Positions 27,648 through 34,988 of a stretch of DNA of 56,297 nt are shown here, in pieces. The stretch comes from Bacteroidaceae bacterium (GTDB lineage Bacteria; Bacteroidota; Bacteroidia; Bacteroidales; Bacteroidaceae), in assembly GCA_045647345.1 (NCBI GenBank), contig JAZRMG010000181.1, positions 1 to 56,297 on the forward strand, in the 5' to 3' direction. The notes below the pieces were generated by a model, which did no database searches, had not been told where the DNA came from, and saw nothing but the letters and a program-made list of their open reading frames with translations. Made by a program: the position numbers and the translations under genes. Positions within the stretch are counted from its first letter, which is position 1. Each line of letters begins with the position of its first letter.

Positions 27648-30206
27648 GTGGAACAGAAAACTTACACGTTTGAAGAGGCGCAGAACGCTACGCTTGAATA
27701 TTTCGGTGGTGATGCGCTTGCTGCTAGAGTTTGGGCCAACAAGTATGCCATGAAAGACTCTGCGGGTAACATTTATGAAGAGACCCCGAGAGACATGCAT
27801 TGGCGCATTGCCAATGAGATTGCTCGCGTAGAGGCCAAGTACCCCAACGCTTTGTCGGCTAGTCAGCTGTTTGACTTGCTCGACCATTTCAAGTATATTG
27901 TGCCACAGGGTAGCCCCATGACAGGTATCGGTAACAACTATCAGATTGCTTCACTCTCCAACTGCTTCGTTATCGGTATGGATGGCAATGCCGACTCCTA
28001 TGGTGCCATTATCCGTATCGACGAGGAGCAGGTGCAGCTCATGAAGCGTCGCGGTGGTGTAGGCCATGACCTCTCTCACATCCGTCCTAAGGGTTCGCCC
28101 GTGAAGAACTCGGCATTGACCTCTACCGGTCTTGTGCCCTTCATGGAGCGTTATTCTAACTCTACCCGTGAGGTAGCTCAGGATGGTCGTCGTGGTGCAT
28201 TGATGCTTAGTGTGTCCATCAAGCATCCCGATTCAGAGTCGTTCATTGATGCCAAGATGACTGAGGGCAAGGTAACCGGTGCTAATGTATCGGTCAAGAT
28301 GGACGATGACTTCATGCGTGCCGCAGTAGAAGGTAAGACCTATACACAAAAGTATCCTATTGATAGCACCGATCCTTTATATACCAAGGATGTGAATGCT
28401 TCGGAGTTGTGGAAGAAGATTGTTCACAATGCTTGGAAGAGCGCCGAGCCTGGTGTGCTCTTCTGGGACACCATCATCCGTGAGTCTGTGCCCGACTGCT
28501 ATGCCGATCTCGGCTTCAAGACGGTGTCTACCAATCCTTGTGGTGAGATTCCTCTCTGTCCCTACGACTCTTGCCGTTTGTTGGCTTTGAACCTCTATTC
28601 ATACGTGGTAAATCCGTTTACCCCCCAAGCCTATTTCGACTTTGATCTCTTCAAGAAGCATGTGGCTGTTGCCCAGCGCATCATGGATGACATCATCGAC
28701 TTGGAGATCGAGAAGATTGAGGCCATCATGGCGAAGGTGGAGAGCGACCCCGAGAGTGAGGAGGTAAAGGGTGCTGAACGTACCTTGTGGCAGAAGATTA
28801 TGGACAAGAGTACCATGGGTCGCCGTACCGGTGTGGGTATCACCGCCGAGGGCGACATGCTTGCCGCTATGGGACTTCGCTATGGTACCGACGAGGCTAC
28901 AGACTTCTCTGAAAAGGTGCACCGTACTATCGCCATCGAGGCCTACCGCTCATCGGTGCAGATGGCCAAGGAGCGTGGAGCATTCAAGGTATATGACAGC
29001 GAGCGTGAGAAGAACAACCCCTTCATCAACCGACTCAAGGATGCTGACCCCGCTCTTTACGAAGAGATGAAGCAGTATGGCCGTCGCAACATTGCTTGTT
29101 TGACCATCGCCCCCACGGGTACTGTAAGTTTGATGACACAGACTACCTCAGGTATCGAGCCCGTATTCATGCCTGTGTACAAGCGTCGCCGCAAGGTGAA
29201 TCCTAACGACCCCGATGTACATGTAGACTTTACAGACGAGACAGGCGACTCATTCGAAGAGTTCATCGTATACCATCCCAAGTTCATGACTTGGATGGAG
29301 ACCAAGGGTTACGACACCACCAAGCGCTACACTCAGGAAGAGATTGACGCTATGGTAGCTGAGAGTCCCTATCACAAGGCTACAGCCAACGACATCGACT
29401 GGCTCAAGAAGGTGCAGATGCAGGGTCGCATCCAGAAGTGGGTAGACCACAGCATCAGCGTAACCATCAATCTGCCCGCAGACGTAAGCGAGGAGCTCGT
29501 CAACGACCTCTATGTAGAGGCATGGAAGTGCGGATGTAAGGGCTGTACCGTATACCGTGACGGTTCACGTAGCGGTGTACTCATCGCCACCGACAATAAG
29601 AAGAAAACCGCCGACGGCAAGCCCGTAGAGGAGCCTTGCACTTGTAAGCCCCCTGTAGTGGTAGAGACACGTCCTCGCGTGCTTGAAGCCGATGTGGTAC
29701 GTTTCCAGAACAACAAGGAGAAGTGGGTGGCATTCGTAGGCTTGCTCGATGGTCGTCCCTACGAGATCTTCACCGGTTTGGCCGACGATGATGAAGGCAT
29801 CTTGTTGCCCAAGTCGGTTACCAACGGATATATCATCAAGAACGTTGACGAGAATGGTGTGAAGCGCTACGACTTCCAGTTCAGCAACAAGCGCGGTTAC
29901 AAGACCACCATCGAGGGACTTTCCGAGAAGTTCGACAAGGAGTATTGGAACTACGCCAAGTTGATCTCTGGTGTGCTCCGCTACCGCATGCCTATCGAGC
30001 AGGTAATCAAGCTCGTAAGTTCGCTTCAGCTTGATAGCGAGAACATCAACTCTTGGAAGGTCGGTGTAGAGCGTGCCCTTAAGAAGTATGTACAGGACGG
30101 CACCTCTGCCAAGGGTCAGATTTGCCCCAACTGCGGACAAGAGACGCTCGTATACCAAGAGGGTTGCCTCATTTGCACCAACTGCGGCACCAGCCGTTGC
30201 GGATAA
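27648..30206 (+). CDS. nrdJ: Adenosylcobalamin-dependent (class II) ribonucleoside-diphosphate/triphosphate reductase
   Basis: 852 aa with a GTG start. The N-terminus TFEEAQNATLEYFGGDALAARVWANKYAMKD is typical of the family. The active-site region is LSNCFV, STNPCGEIPL and TIAPTGTVSL. The C-terminal Cys4 ribbon is CPNCGQETLVYQEGCLICTNCG. Confidence 0.92.
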   Translation: MEQKTYTFEEAQNATLEYFGGDALAARVWANKYAMKDSAGNIYEETPRDMHWRIANEIARVEAKYPNALSASQLFDLLDHFKYIVPQGSPMTGIGNNYQIASLSNCFVIGMDGNADSYGAIIRIDEEQVQLMKRRGGVGHDLSHIRPKGSPVKNSALTSTGLVPFMERYSNSTREVAQDGRRGALMLSVSIKHPDSESFIDAKMTEGKVTGANVSVKMDDDFMRAAVEGKTYTQKYPIDSTDPLYTKDVNASELWKKIVHNAWKSAEPGVLFWDTIIRESVPDCYADLGFKTVSTNPCGEIPLCPYDSCRLLALNLYSYVVNPFTPQAYFDFDLFKKHVAVAQRIMDDIIDLEIEKIEAIMAKVESDPESEEVKGAERTLWQKIMDKSTMGRRTGVGITAEGDMLAAMGLRYGTDEATDFSEKVHRTIAIEAYRSSVQMAKERGAFKVYDSEREKNNPFINRLKDADPALYEEMKQYGRRNIACLTIAPTGTVSLMTQTTSGIEPVFMPVYKRRRKVNPNDPDVHVDFTDETGDSFEEFIVYHPKFMTWMETKGYDTTKRYTQEEIDAMVAESPYHKATANDIDWLKKVQMQGRIQKWVDHSISVTINLPADVSEELVNDLYVEAWKCGCKGCTVYRDGSRSGVLIATDNKKKTADGKPVEEPCTCKPPVVVETRPRVLEADVVRFQNNKEKWVAFVGLLDGRPYEIFTGLADDDEGILLPKSVTNGYIIKNVDENGVKRYDFQFSNKRGYKTTIEGLSEKFDKEYWNYAKLISGVLRYRMPIEQVIKLVSSLQLDSENINSWKVGVERALKKYVQDGTSAKGQICPNCGQETLVYQEGCLICTNCGTSRCG

Positions 30207-30343
30207 TAACGCACGATTCATCCCCACGGGGATTATAAGGAGAAAATCTTTTTCTTTTACATACGCGAGAAAGGGGGTCGCTCATAGAGTTGAGGGCTCC
30301 CTTTCATTTTCCACAAAGCATACAAGAAATTCCAATACAAGAT

Positions 30344-30715
30344 ATGACTATCACACACAGCACCATTGAGTTACAGGGCCTCACCTTCCATGCTCACCAC
30401 GGTGTGCTTCCCGAGGAGCGCCTTTTGGGCAACACATTCATTGTAGACCTGACGCTCATGGCCGACATCAGTCACGCTATCGCCACCGACGAACTCTGCG
30501 GAACCATCAACTATGCCGAAGCCTACGAGGTGGTGAAGAGCGAGATGGACACCCCCTCGCAGCTGCTCGAACATATATGCGGCCGTATTGGGAGTGCTCT
30601 GCTCCGTCGTTTTGCCACCTTGCAAAGCGTGCAGGTACGAGTGGCCAAGTGCAATCCACCCATCGAGGGGGCCGGTAATTGCCTGTCAGCGGTCACGCTT
30701 ACGTTTGTACGTTAG
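30344..30715 (+). CDS. folB: Dihydroneopterin aldolase
   Basis: The 123-aa reading from ATG 30344 is MTITHSTIELQGLTFHAHHGVLPEERLLGNTFIVDLTL...INYAEAYEVV...LLEHICGRI. This is the typical FolB pattern (GxxxxxxHGVxxxE...F..D). The track ORF begins 54 nt upstream at a non-ATG codon. Confidence 0.85.
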   Translation: MTITHSTIELQGLTFHAHHGVLPEERLLGNTFIVDLTLMADISHAIATDELCGTINYAEAYEVVKSEMDTPSQLLEHICGRIGSALLRRFATLQSVQVRVAKCNPPIEGAGNCLSAVTLTFVR

Positions 30716-30725
30716 CAACTATGCA

Positions 30726-30753
30726 TATCCCCCGACTTTACAGCCGGGGGATA
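30726..30753. terminator. Bidirectional hairpin terminator between convergent folB and the DUF362-like gene
   Basis: The stem is tatcccccg (30726-30734) / cgggggata (30745-30753). It is nested inside a second inverted repeat, ttagcaact / agttgctaa. Confidence 0.65.
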
Positions 30754-30788
30754 GTGCTATTTCGAGAGTTGCTAAATCTGAACTCCTC

Positions 30789-32027
30789 TTACTGCTTCAC
30801 GTATATCATGTCGAGCTTCGTGTAGCGGCGCTCCTTGTCGGCATGCTCCATGAGGCCGAGCGGAGCCGTCAGAGGCTTGCCGTCGCGCTCAGGGTCATAT
30901 ACTACGCCTGTCACGGGGTGGGGGATGGTGGCCGCTTCGCGCAGGTACTCGTCGCAATAGTTGAGACTGCCAAACTCGGGCCACTCATGGATGATCATGT
31001 CCATGCCCACCACGTCGCATGCCAAGGGGTCTTGCGATACGATGATGCTGCAGCACCAGTCGTTGTTGAAGGGAGCCTTCTGCCACTTGGGTGCAGGTGC
31101 TCCGTTGACGTGGCGGCTTCCGTAGGTGCCGTCGATGAGGAAGAGCAGGCACTTCTGTCCCAGGTCCTTATGGCCTATCCAGTCCACCATGGTCTTGTAG
31201 CTGGGCTTGCCGTGGCGCTTGTCGGCGCTGATGCCATTGTGGGCATTCTTGCGCCACAGGAGGTTGATGTCGGTGGCTCCGTACCAGTTCTTGGCGGTGA
31301 GCGTCACGCCGGGGCCGTTGTGTGTCTTCAGCAGGGCCGAGTTGATGAGGTAGTCGGCATCCACCACGCACTTGGCCAGTCCGCGGGCCATCTTGCCATT
31401 GTCCACCGAGTACTTCAGCTGTTCGGGGTAGTACTCGCACTTGAGGCGTCCGTCGCCACCGATGTTGTCGATGAACACCACGTCGGGGAACTCGCGGTGA
31501 ATCTTGTTGTAGATGCTGTCGGTGATGGCACGGCTCGGCTCGCACACGATGATGTCCTCCTGCGCCACACCAGCTTCGTTCACCAGGCTGCGCACGAGTG
31601 CCAGCGTCACGAAGGGCGATGAGTTCAGCTCCACCGTGTCGCGATGGGTGATGGCGTTGTTCATGTTCAGCTTGATGGCAATCTTCTCGCCCTTCTGGTA
31701 GCCCCTGTTGCCTCGGCCGTGTGTTTGGTTGAAGTTCTTGAACAGCGCCTTCCAAGCCTTCTTGGCTCTCTTCTCGCCTGCCAGCTGGGTCACTGCCGAG
31801 CGTATCATCTTGTCGGCCTTCTCTTGGTCGTTCCAGCGGTCCTCTACCCAGAGACCCGTCTCACCGTCCCACGAGGCCACACCGGGGCTATGCACCCATA
31901 CTACGCGTCCGGGATGAACACCCTTGCCCTCGCCGAGCGGCTCGTTGGGCTGTACAAACAATTTCGGCTGAGCCGATGCCATGATGGCCGACAGGGCCAT
32001 GGTGGCAAGTAAAAGAATCTTTTTCAT
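30789..32027 (-). CDS. Secreted DUF362-like protein (function unknown)
   Basis: 412 aa with a signal peptide (MKKILLLATMALSAIMASAQ). The DUF362-like core is GEKIAIKLNMNN ... IIVCEPSRAI ... SALLKTHNGPGVTLTAKNWYG. The family call is from memory of the KPN/H motif pattern. Confidence 0.7.
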   Translation of the reverse strand: MKKILLLATMALSAIMASAQPKLFVQPNEPLGEGKGVHPGRVVWVHSPGVASWDGETGLWVEDRWNDQEKADKMIRSAVTQLAGEKRAKKAWKALFKNFNQTHGRGNRGYQKGEKIAIKLNMNNAITHRDTVELNSSPFVTLALVRSLVNEAGVAQEDIIVCEPSRAITDSIYNKIHREFPDVVFIDNIGGDGRLKCEYYPEQLKYSVDNGKMARGLAKCVVDADYLINSALLKTHNGPGVTLTAKNWYGATDINLLWRKNAHNGISADKRHGKPSYKTMVDWIGHKDLGQKCLLFLIDGTYGSRHVNGAPAPKWQKAPFNNDWCCSIIVSQDPLACDVVGMDMIIHEWPEFGSLNYCDEYLREAATIPHPVTGVVYDPERDGKPLTAPLGLMEHADKERRYTKLDMIYVKQ

Positions 32028-32058
32028 TGTATATCGTTTTATAGGTTTATATTTTGTG

Positions 32059-32220
32059 GTAATATAGCAGTTTGCTAGTGGAACTTGTCATGCTGAACGT
32101 AGTGAAGCATCTCGCAAATGTTTCTTGCTAAGTCCCAGCGCGGGATCCTTCCGACGCTACGCTCTGTCAGGATGACACTCAGCGCGGAGAGAAAGCTTCT
32201 TTGGACAACAGCTATTTTAG
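32059..32220. repeat. Copy B of the ~165-bp nested-palindrome repeat element, inverted relative to copy A
   Basis: Bases 32138-32195 (gcgcgggatccttccgacgctacgctctgtcaggatgacactcagcgcggagagaaag) are the exact reverse complement of 25274-25331. The flanks are about 90 percent similar by manual alignment. Track ORFs 24935..25351(-) and 32118..32321(+) share the peptide RGILPTLRSVRMTLSAERK for this reason. Confidence 0.85.
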
Positions 32221-32227
32221 CATTGGT

Positions 32228-32300
32228 GTCATATCGAACGCATGTGAGATATCTCTGTCGTCCGTTTTTTTTGAGATCCCTCACTGCGTGTCGGGATGAC
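32228..32300. repeat. GTCAT...GATGAC hairpin element (family copy) abutting copy B
   Basis: The left arm is gtcatatcgaacgcatgtgagatatctc and the right arm is gagatccctcactgcgtgtcgggatgac. The loop is tgtcgtccgttttttttga. Confidence 0.7.
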
Positions 32301-32338
32301 ATTGACTTACGGGTCAACTGAAAGAATATTACCAAACT

Positions 32339-33436
32339 TTACTTGAATCTCCCAAACCGACAGCTCTTCCTCACCACCGGCTCGTCGAGCAGTTGGAATG
32401 TGGTGGCAGGTCCCAGGTTGCGGTCGCCCTTCCACGACGACACCTCCCAGGCCACATGTCCGTCGGGGGTGAGCTCTATCATCTGCAGCGGAGCACGTGA
32501 GGGGTTGAAGGTGGCCACGGCCGTCTTGTCCCATTCGTTGAACCAGTTGGTGATCACCGTGTTGCCATTCTTCAGTCGGTAGGCCTTCTGCGGGTTGTTC
32601 ACGCCATACAGTGTCGTGTTGGTCTCCCACACCACGGTGCCGTCGCGCTTCACCTCCTTGACGGGACCCTTGCGCCCCACCATCAGGATGTTGCCGTTCT
32701 CCAGCTCGGTAGCCGACCAGGGACCGAAGAGCTCCCATCGGTGCAGCTCCTTGCCCTTGGCATTGTATTCGGCCACGAAGCCCATCGCCATGTTGGCCAC
32801 CAGCAGGGTGCCTTGGCTGGTGAGGCGTGCATTGCGGAACTGTCCGTGCACGCTCCCCTTCTCGGGGTAGGGAATCACAAATTCGTGCACCACCTTCTGC
32901 TTGGCGATGTTCATCACCACCACCTTGGCAGGCTTGCCGTTCTGCACGTAGAGCACGTGCTTCTCGCCCACGGGCTGTATGGTGTGTATCTCGGTGCCCT
33001 CGGGGGCTTGGTGGCGCCATAGCTCGCGGCCCTCGGCATCGACCTCGGCAATGCCATACTGGTCGGCAATGAGGATATGTCCGTCGTCCGTCAGCACCGC
33101 GTCGCTTATCTCGCCCCGTCCATCAGCGTTGTCGTATCGCCAGATGATGTCGCCATCCTTCACCTTATACATGCGTCGGTTCTTCGACTGGCCCGTGTAG
33201 AGGAAATTGTGGCGGGCGAGGTCGCCCAGGTCTATGTATCCGTCTTCGTTGCCCAGGTATACGGTGCCGTCTGCCACGGTGGCGCTTCCCTTCAGGGTGC
33301 CGTCGTGGTGCGAGCTGCTCTTGTCGCTCACCGTTGTGCCCTCATCGCCCACGAAGTCGTAGTGCAAGATCAGCCCCTCTTGAGCCATGGCGCCCATCGT
33401 GAAGCACACCAGCAGTGTGAAAAGAAGTTTTTTCAT
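32339..33436 (-). CDS. Secreted beta-propeller repeat protein (function unknown)
   Basis: 365 aa with a signal peptide (MKKLLFTLLVCFTMGAMAQ). The N-terminal stretch LILHYDFVGDEGTTVSDKSSSHHDGTLKGSATV resembles the start of a LamG-like module. It is followed by repeated blade-like segments (DGDIIWRY, DGHILIAD, QGTLLVAN, NGNILMVG, NGNTVITN). Confidence 0.7.
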   Translation of the reverse strand: MKKLLFTLLVCFTMGAMAQEGLILHYDFVGDEGTTVSDKSSSHHDGTLKGSATVADGTVYLGNEDGYIDLGDLARHNFLYTGQSKNRRMYKVKDGDIIWRYDNADGRGEISDAVLTDDGHILIADQYGIAEVDAEGRELWRHQAPEGTEIHTIQPVGEKHVLYVQNGKPAKVVVMNIAKQKVVHEFVIPYPEKGSVHGQFRNARLTSQGTLLVANMAMGFVAEYNAKGKELHRWELFGPWSATELENGNILMVGRKGPVKEVKRDGTVVWETNTTLYGVNNPQKAYRLKNGNTVITNWFNEWDKTAVATFNPSRAPLQMIELTPDGHVAWEVSSWKGDRNLGPATTFQLLDEPVVRKSCRFGRFK

Positions 33437-33468
33437 GATAAAATTCTTTGTTAGTTGTGTTTGATTTA

Positions 33469-33476
33469 CAAAGATA
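33469..33476 (-). promoter_or_regulatory. -7 promoter element (TAtcTTTG on minus strand) for the beta-propeller gene
   Basis: Plus-strand caaagata lies 32 nt upstream of ATG 33436. Confidence 0.5.
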
Positions 33477-33690
33477 CGAATAAGCGAGCGAGAAATATGA
33501 AGCTCGCTTCAATATTTTTCACAGCGAACGAAAGTATTTTCATGGCGCAGCCATAAAGATACATATAAACGATCGAATAAAAAGGGCGGCAAGAAGAAAA
33601 GTTTACTTTTATCTCTCGCAGTGCTATTTTATTCACCGCGAGCGAGAAATATCAAACTTGCTTTAGGTTTGTAAAGGAGTGTCGCACTCA

Positions 33691-33759
33691 TCACATAAGG
33701 ATGAGTGCGACTAATGCCAGCCCTATGCCGCGCAGCACGCGGATGAAAACTTCGTTCAT
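33691..33759 (-). CDS. Possible 22-aa hydrophobic micro-ORF downstream of the smalltalk-like ORF
   Basis: The minus-strand reading is MNEVFIRVLRGIGLALVALILM*, starting 12 nt after the stop of the upstream micro-ORF. Its 3' end lies inside a 12-bp perfect hairpin (gtcgcactcatc / gatgagtgcgac, about 33681-33711) that could be the terminator. The ORF is too short to support on sequence alone. Confidence 0.2.
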   Translation of the reverse strand: MNEVFIRVLRGIGLALVALILM

Positions 33760-33771
33760 GGCCGTTCGCGT

Positions 33772-33876
33772 TTAGGACATGCAGCTCACGATACCGAGCG
33801 AGCCTGCAAGCGCGGTGAGCACAGCGATGAGGATTTTGAGAATTTGTTTCCAGTCGGGTTGAGTTTTTGAGTTCAT
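33772..33876 (-). CDS. 34-aa single-TM micro-protein resembling the Bacteroidales 'smalltalk' family
   Basis: The minus-strand reading is MNSKTQPDWKQILKILIAVLTALAGSLGIVSCMS*. It has a polar N-terminus, one TM helix and a C-terminal SC motif. It lies downstream of an HU-family gene on the same strand, which is the context I recall for smalltalk proteins. It is below the 60-aa cut-off of the ORF track. Confidence 0.5.
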   Translation of the reverse strand: MNSKTQPDWKQILKILIAVLTALAGSLGIVSCMS

Positions 33877-33908
33877 AAGTTTTTGAGTTTTTCAGTTAAA
33901 GGTTTAGT

Positions 33909-33954
33909 GTCATCTCGAACGGAGTGAGAGATCCCTCGCCCTGCTCGGGATGAC
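33909..33954. repeat. Compact GTCATC...GATGAC hairpin element (family copy)
   Basis: The sequence is gtcatctcgaacggagtgagagatccctcgccctgctcgggatgac. The arms pair at about 19 of 25 positions. The element is flanked on both sides by ggtttagtgt (33901-33910 and 33961-33970). Confidence 0.7.
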
Positions 33955-33961
33955 ACGAATG

Positions 33962-34106
33962 GTTTAGTGTTTAGAGTTTAGTGTTTAGAGTTTTTGGAGT
34001 TCAGTAGTCAGTAGTTCAGCCAAATGTCTTTTTGCTGCTTTTCGTCATTGTTATCAACAGTCGAAACTATCGTCTAAACTCCTGTAACTCCTGACTCCTG
34101 AACTCC
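33962..34106. repeat. Word-array block: 15-bp tandem repeat x2 followed by an inverted pair of stuttering repeats
   Basis: gtttagtgtttagag occurs twice in tandem (33962-33991). ggagttcagtagtcagtagttcag (33996-34019) is an imperfect reverse complement of ctcctgtaactcctgactcctgaactcc (34079-34106). The two are separated by a 59-bp spacer. Confidence 0.75.
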
Positions 34107-34141
34107 TTGTAATTGTCCAGCGCATCGAGCGCAGGCCCCAG

Positions 34142-34555
34142 TTACGCCATCACCTCGGAGCCGATGCGCTTATACTGTATCGCCTTGGCGATATCCTTCT
34201 TCAGCTCCACCTCGGGGCGGAAGTTGATGTGGTAGCCGCGTATCATGCTGCTGGGGACGAAGTCCTTGGCCTCAATGGTGTCGCGGGTGAAGCACTTCGA
34301 GCGGATGCTGATGACAAACGAACCCAGGTCTTCGAGCACTACGCGGCGACCGCTGAGCAGCGCGTTCTGCACGAAGGGCTTGATGCTCGAGAGCACGGCC
34401 AGCGCGTCGGCCTTGGTACAGGTGGTAGAGTAGGCGATGTCCTGCGCCAGCTCCTTGAAGGTGTAGTCACTGGTCTTCGATGCCTTACATGAGAAGTAGT
34501 CGGTGCCCTCGGCACCATTGGGGTTCTTACATTTCGATACTTTGTAGTTGATCAT
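34142..34555 (-). CDS. HU-family (Bacteroidales-type) DNA-binding protein
   Basis: 137 aa: MINYKVSKCKNPNGAEGTDYF...FKELAQDIAYSTTCTKADALAVLSSIKPFVQNALLSGRRVVLEDLGSFVISIRSK. This matches the pattern of the HU-like family that accompanies VirE/DUF3987 genes in Bacteroides. Confidence 0.75.
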   Translation of the reverse strand: MINYKVSKCKNPNGAEGTDYFSCKASKTSDYTFKELAQDIAYSTTCTKADALAVLSSIKPFVQNALLSGRRVVLEDLGSFVISIRSKCFTRDTIEAKDFVPSSMIRGYHINFRPEVELKKDIAKAIQYKRIGSEVMA

Positions 34556-34630
34556 AGTGTTTAGGGGTTAAGGGTTAAAGGTTAAGGGATAAGGGATTCG
34601 AATTTCGTTCCTCGTTCAACGTTGACGATG

Positions 34631-34638
34631 CAAAGATA
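34631..34638 (-). promoter_or_regulatory. -7 promoter element (TAtcTTTG on minus strand) for the HU-family gene
   Basis: Plus-strand caaagata lies 75 nt upstream of ATG 34555. Confidence 0.5.
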
Positions 34639-34794
34639 CTACATCTTTTTTTGTCGTTCCTGCTTGGTGCAACAGACCGCCAAAGACCTTGCGCAAGTGA
34701 TTTTGTTTCAGTGAAATAAAAAAATATCGCACCTGCGGCGCTCCGCGCTCGCAGGTGCGTGAATAATCGTTCGTGGGGCAGAAAATACCCAAAG

Positions 34795-34988
34795 GTCAAC
34801 AGTAAACAGTCAACAGTTACTTTGCTCTGTCACCCCCTTTTTCGCTTTCGTCAGCGCCTATAATAATAGGGCTTATTTATTTATTAAATATACGTAGTAT
34901 ATATAAATAATAAATAAGACTTTTTTTATATGAACATTTCAAGCCCTGATGTGAGTGCGCTAATTATCTGTTGACTGTTACTGTTGAC
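34795..34988. repeat. 21-22-bp inverted repeats built of CAGT/CAAC words, flanking a 150-bp spacer with an AT-rich imperfect palindrome
   Basis: gtcaacagtaaacagtcaacag (34795-34816) pairs with ctgttgactgttactgttgac (34968-34988), with one indel. The spacer holds cttatttatttattaaatatacgtagtatatataaataataaataag, centred on TACGTA (34891-34896). The right arm overlaps the last codons and stop of the HUH-Y1 gene. Confidence 0.8.

Noticed and set aside
30588-31755. 344-aa (+) and 195-aa (-) ORFs overlapping the DUF362-like gene
   Set aside because: They are shadow ORFs in GC-rich DNA. Their translations are Arg/Ala/Gly/His-rich and featureless, whereas the 412-aa minus-strand frame has a signal peptide and family motifs.
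33482-33676. Direct repeats gcgagcgagaaatat(g/c)aa(g/a)ct(c/t)gctt (~33482 and ~33647) as att sites marking the left end of the island
   Set aside because: No matching copy is found at the right side of the island (43987-44188). The motif resembles the gagcgaaa-type promoter-associated block seen elsewhere (49388, 50462). It is therefore more likely a promoter-region repeat than an attachment site.
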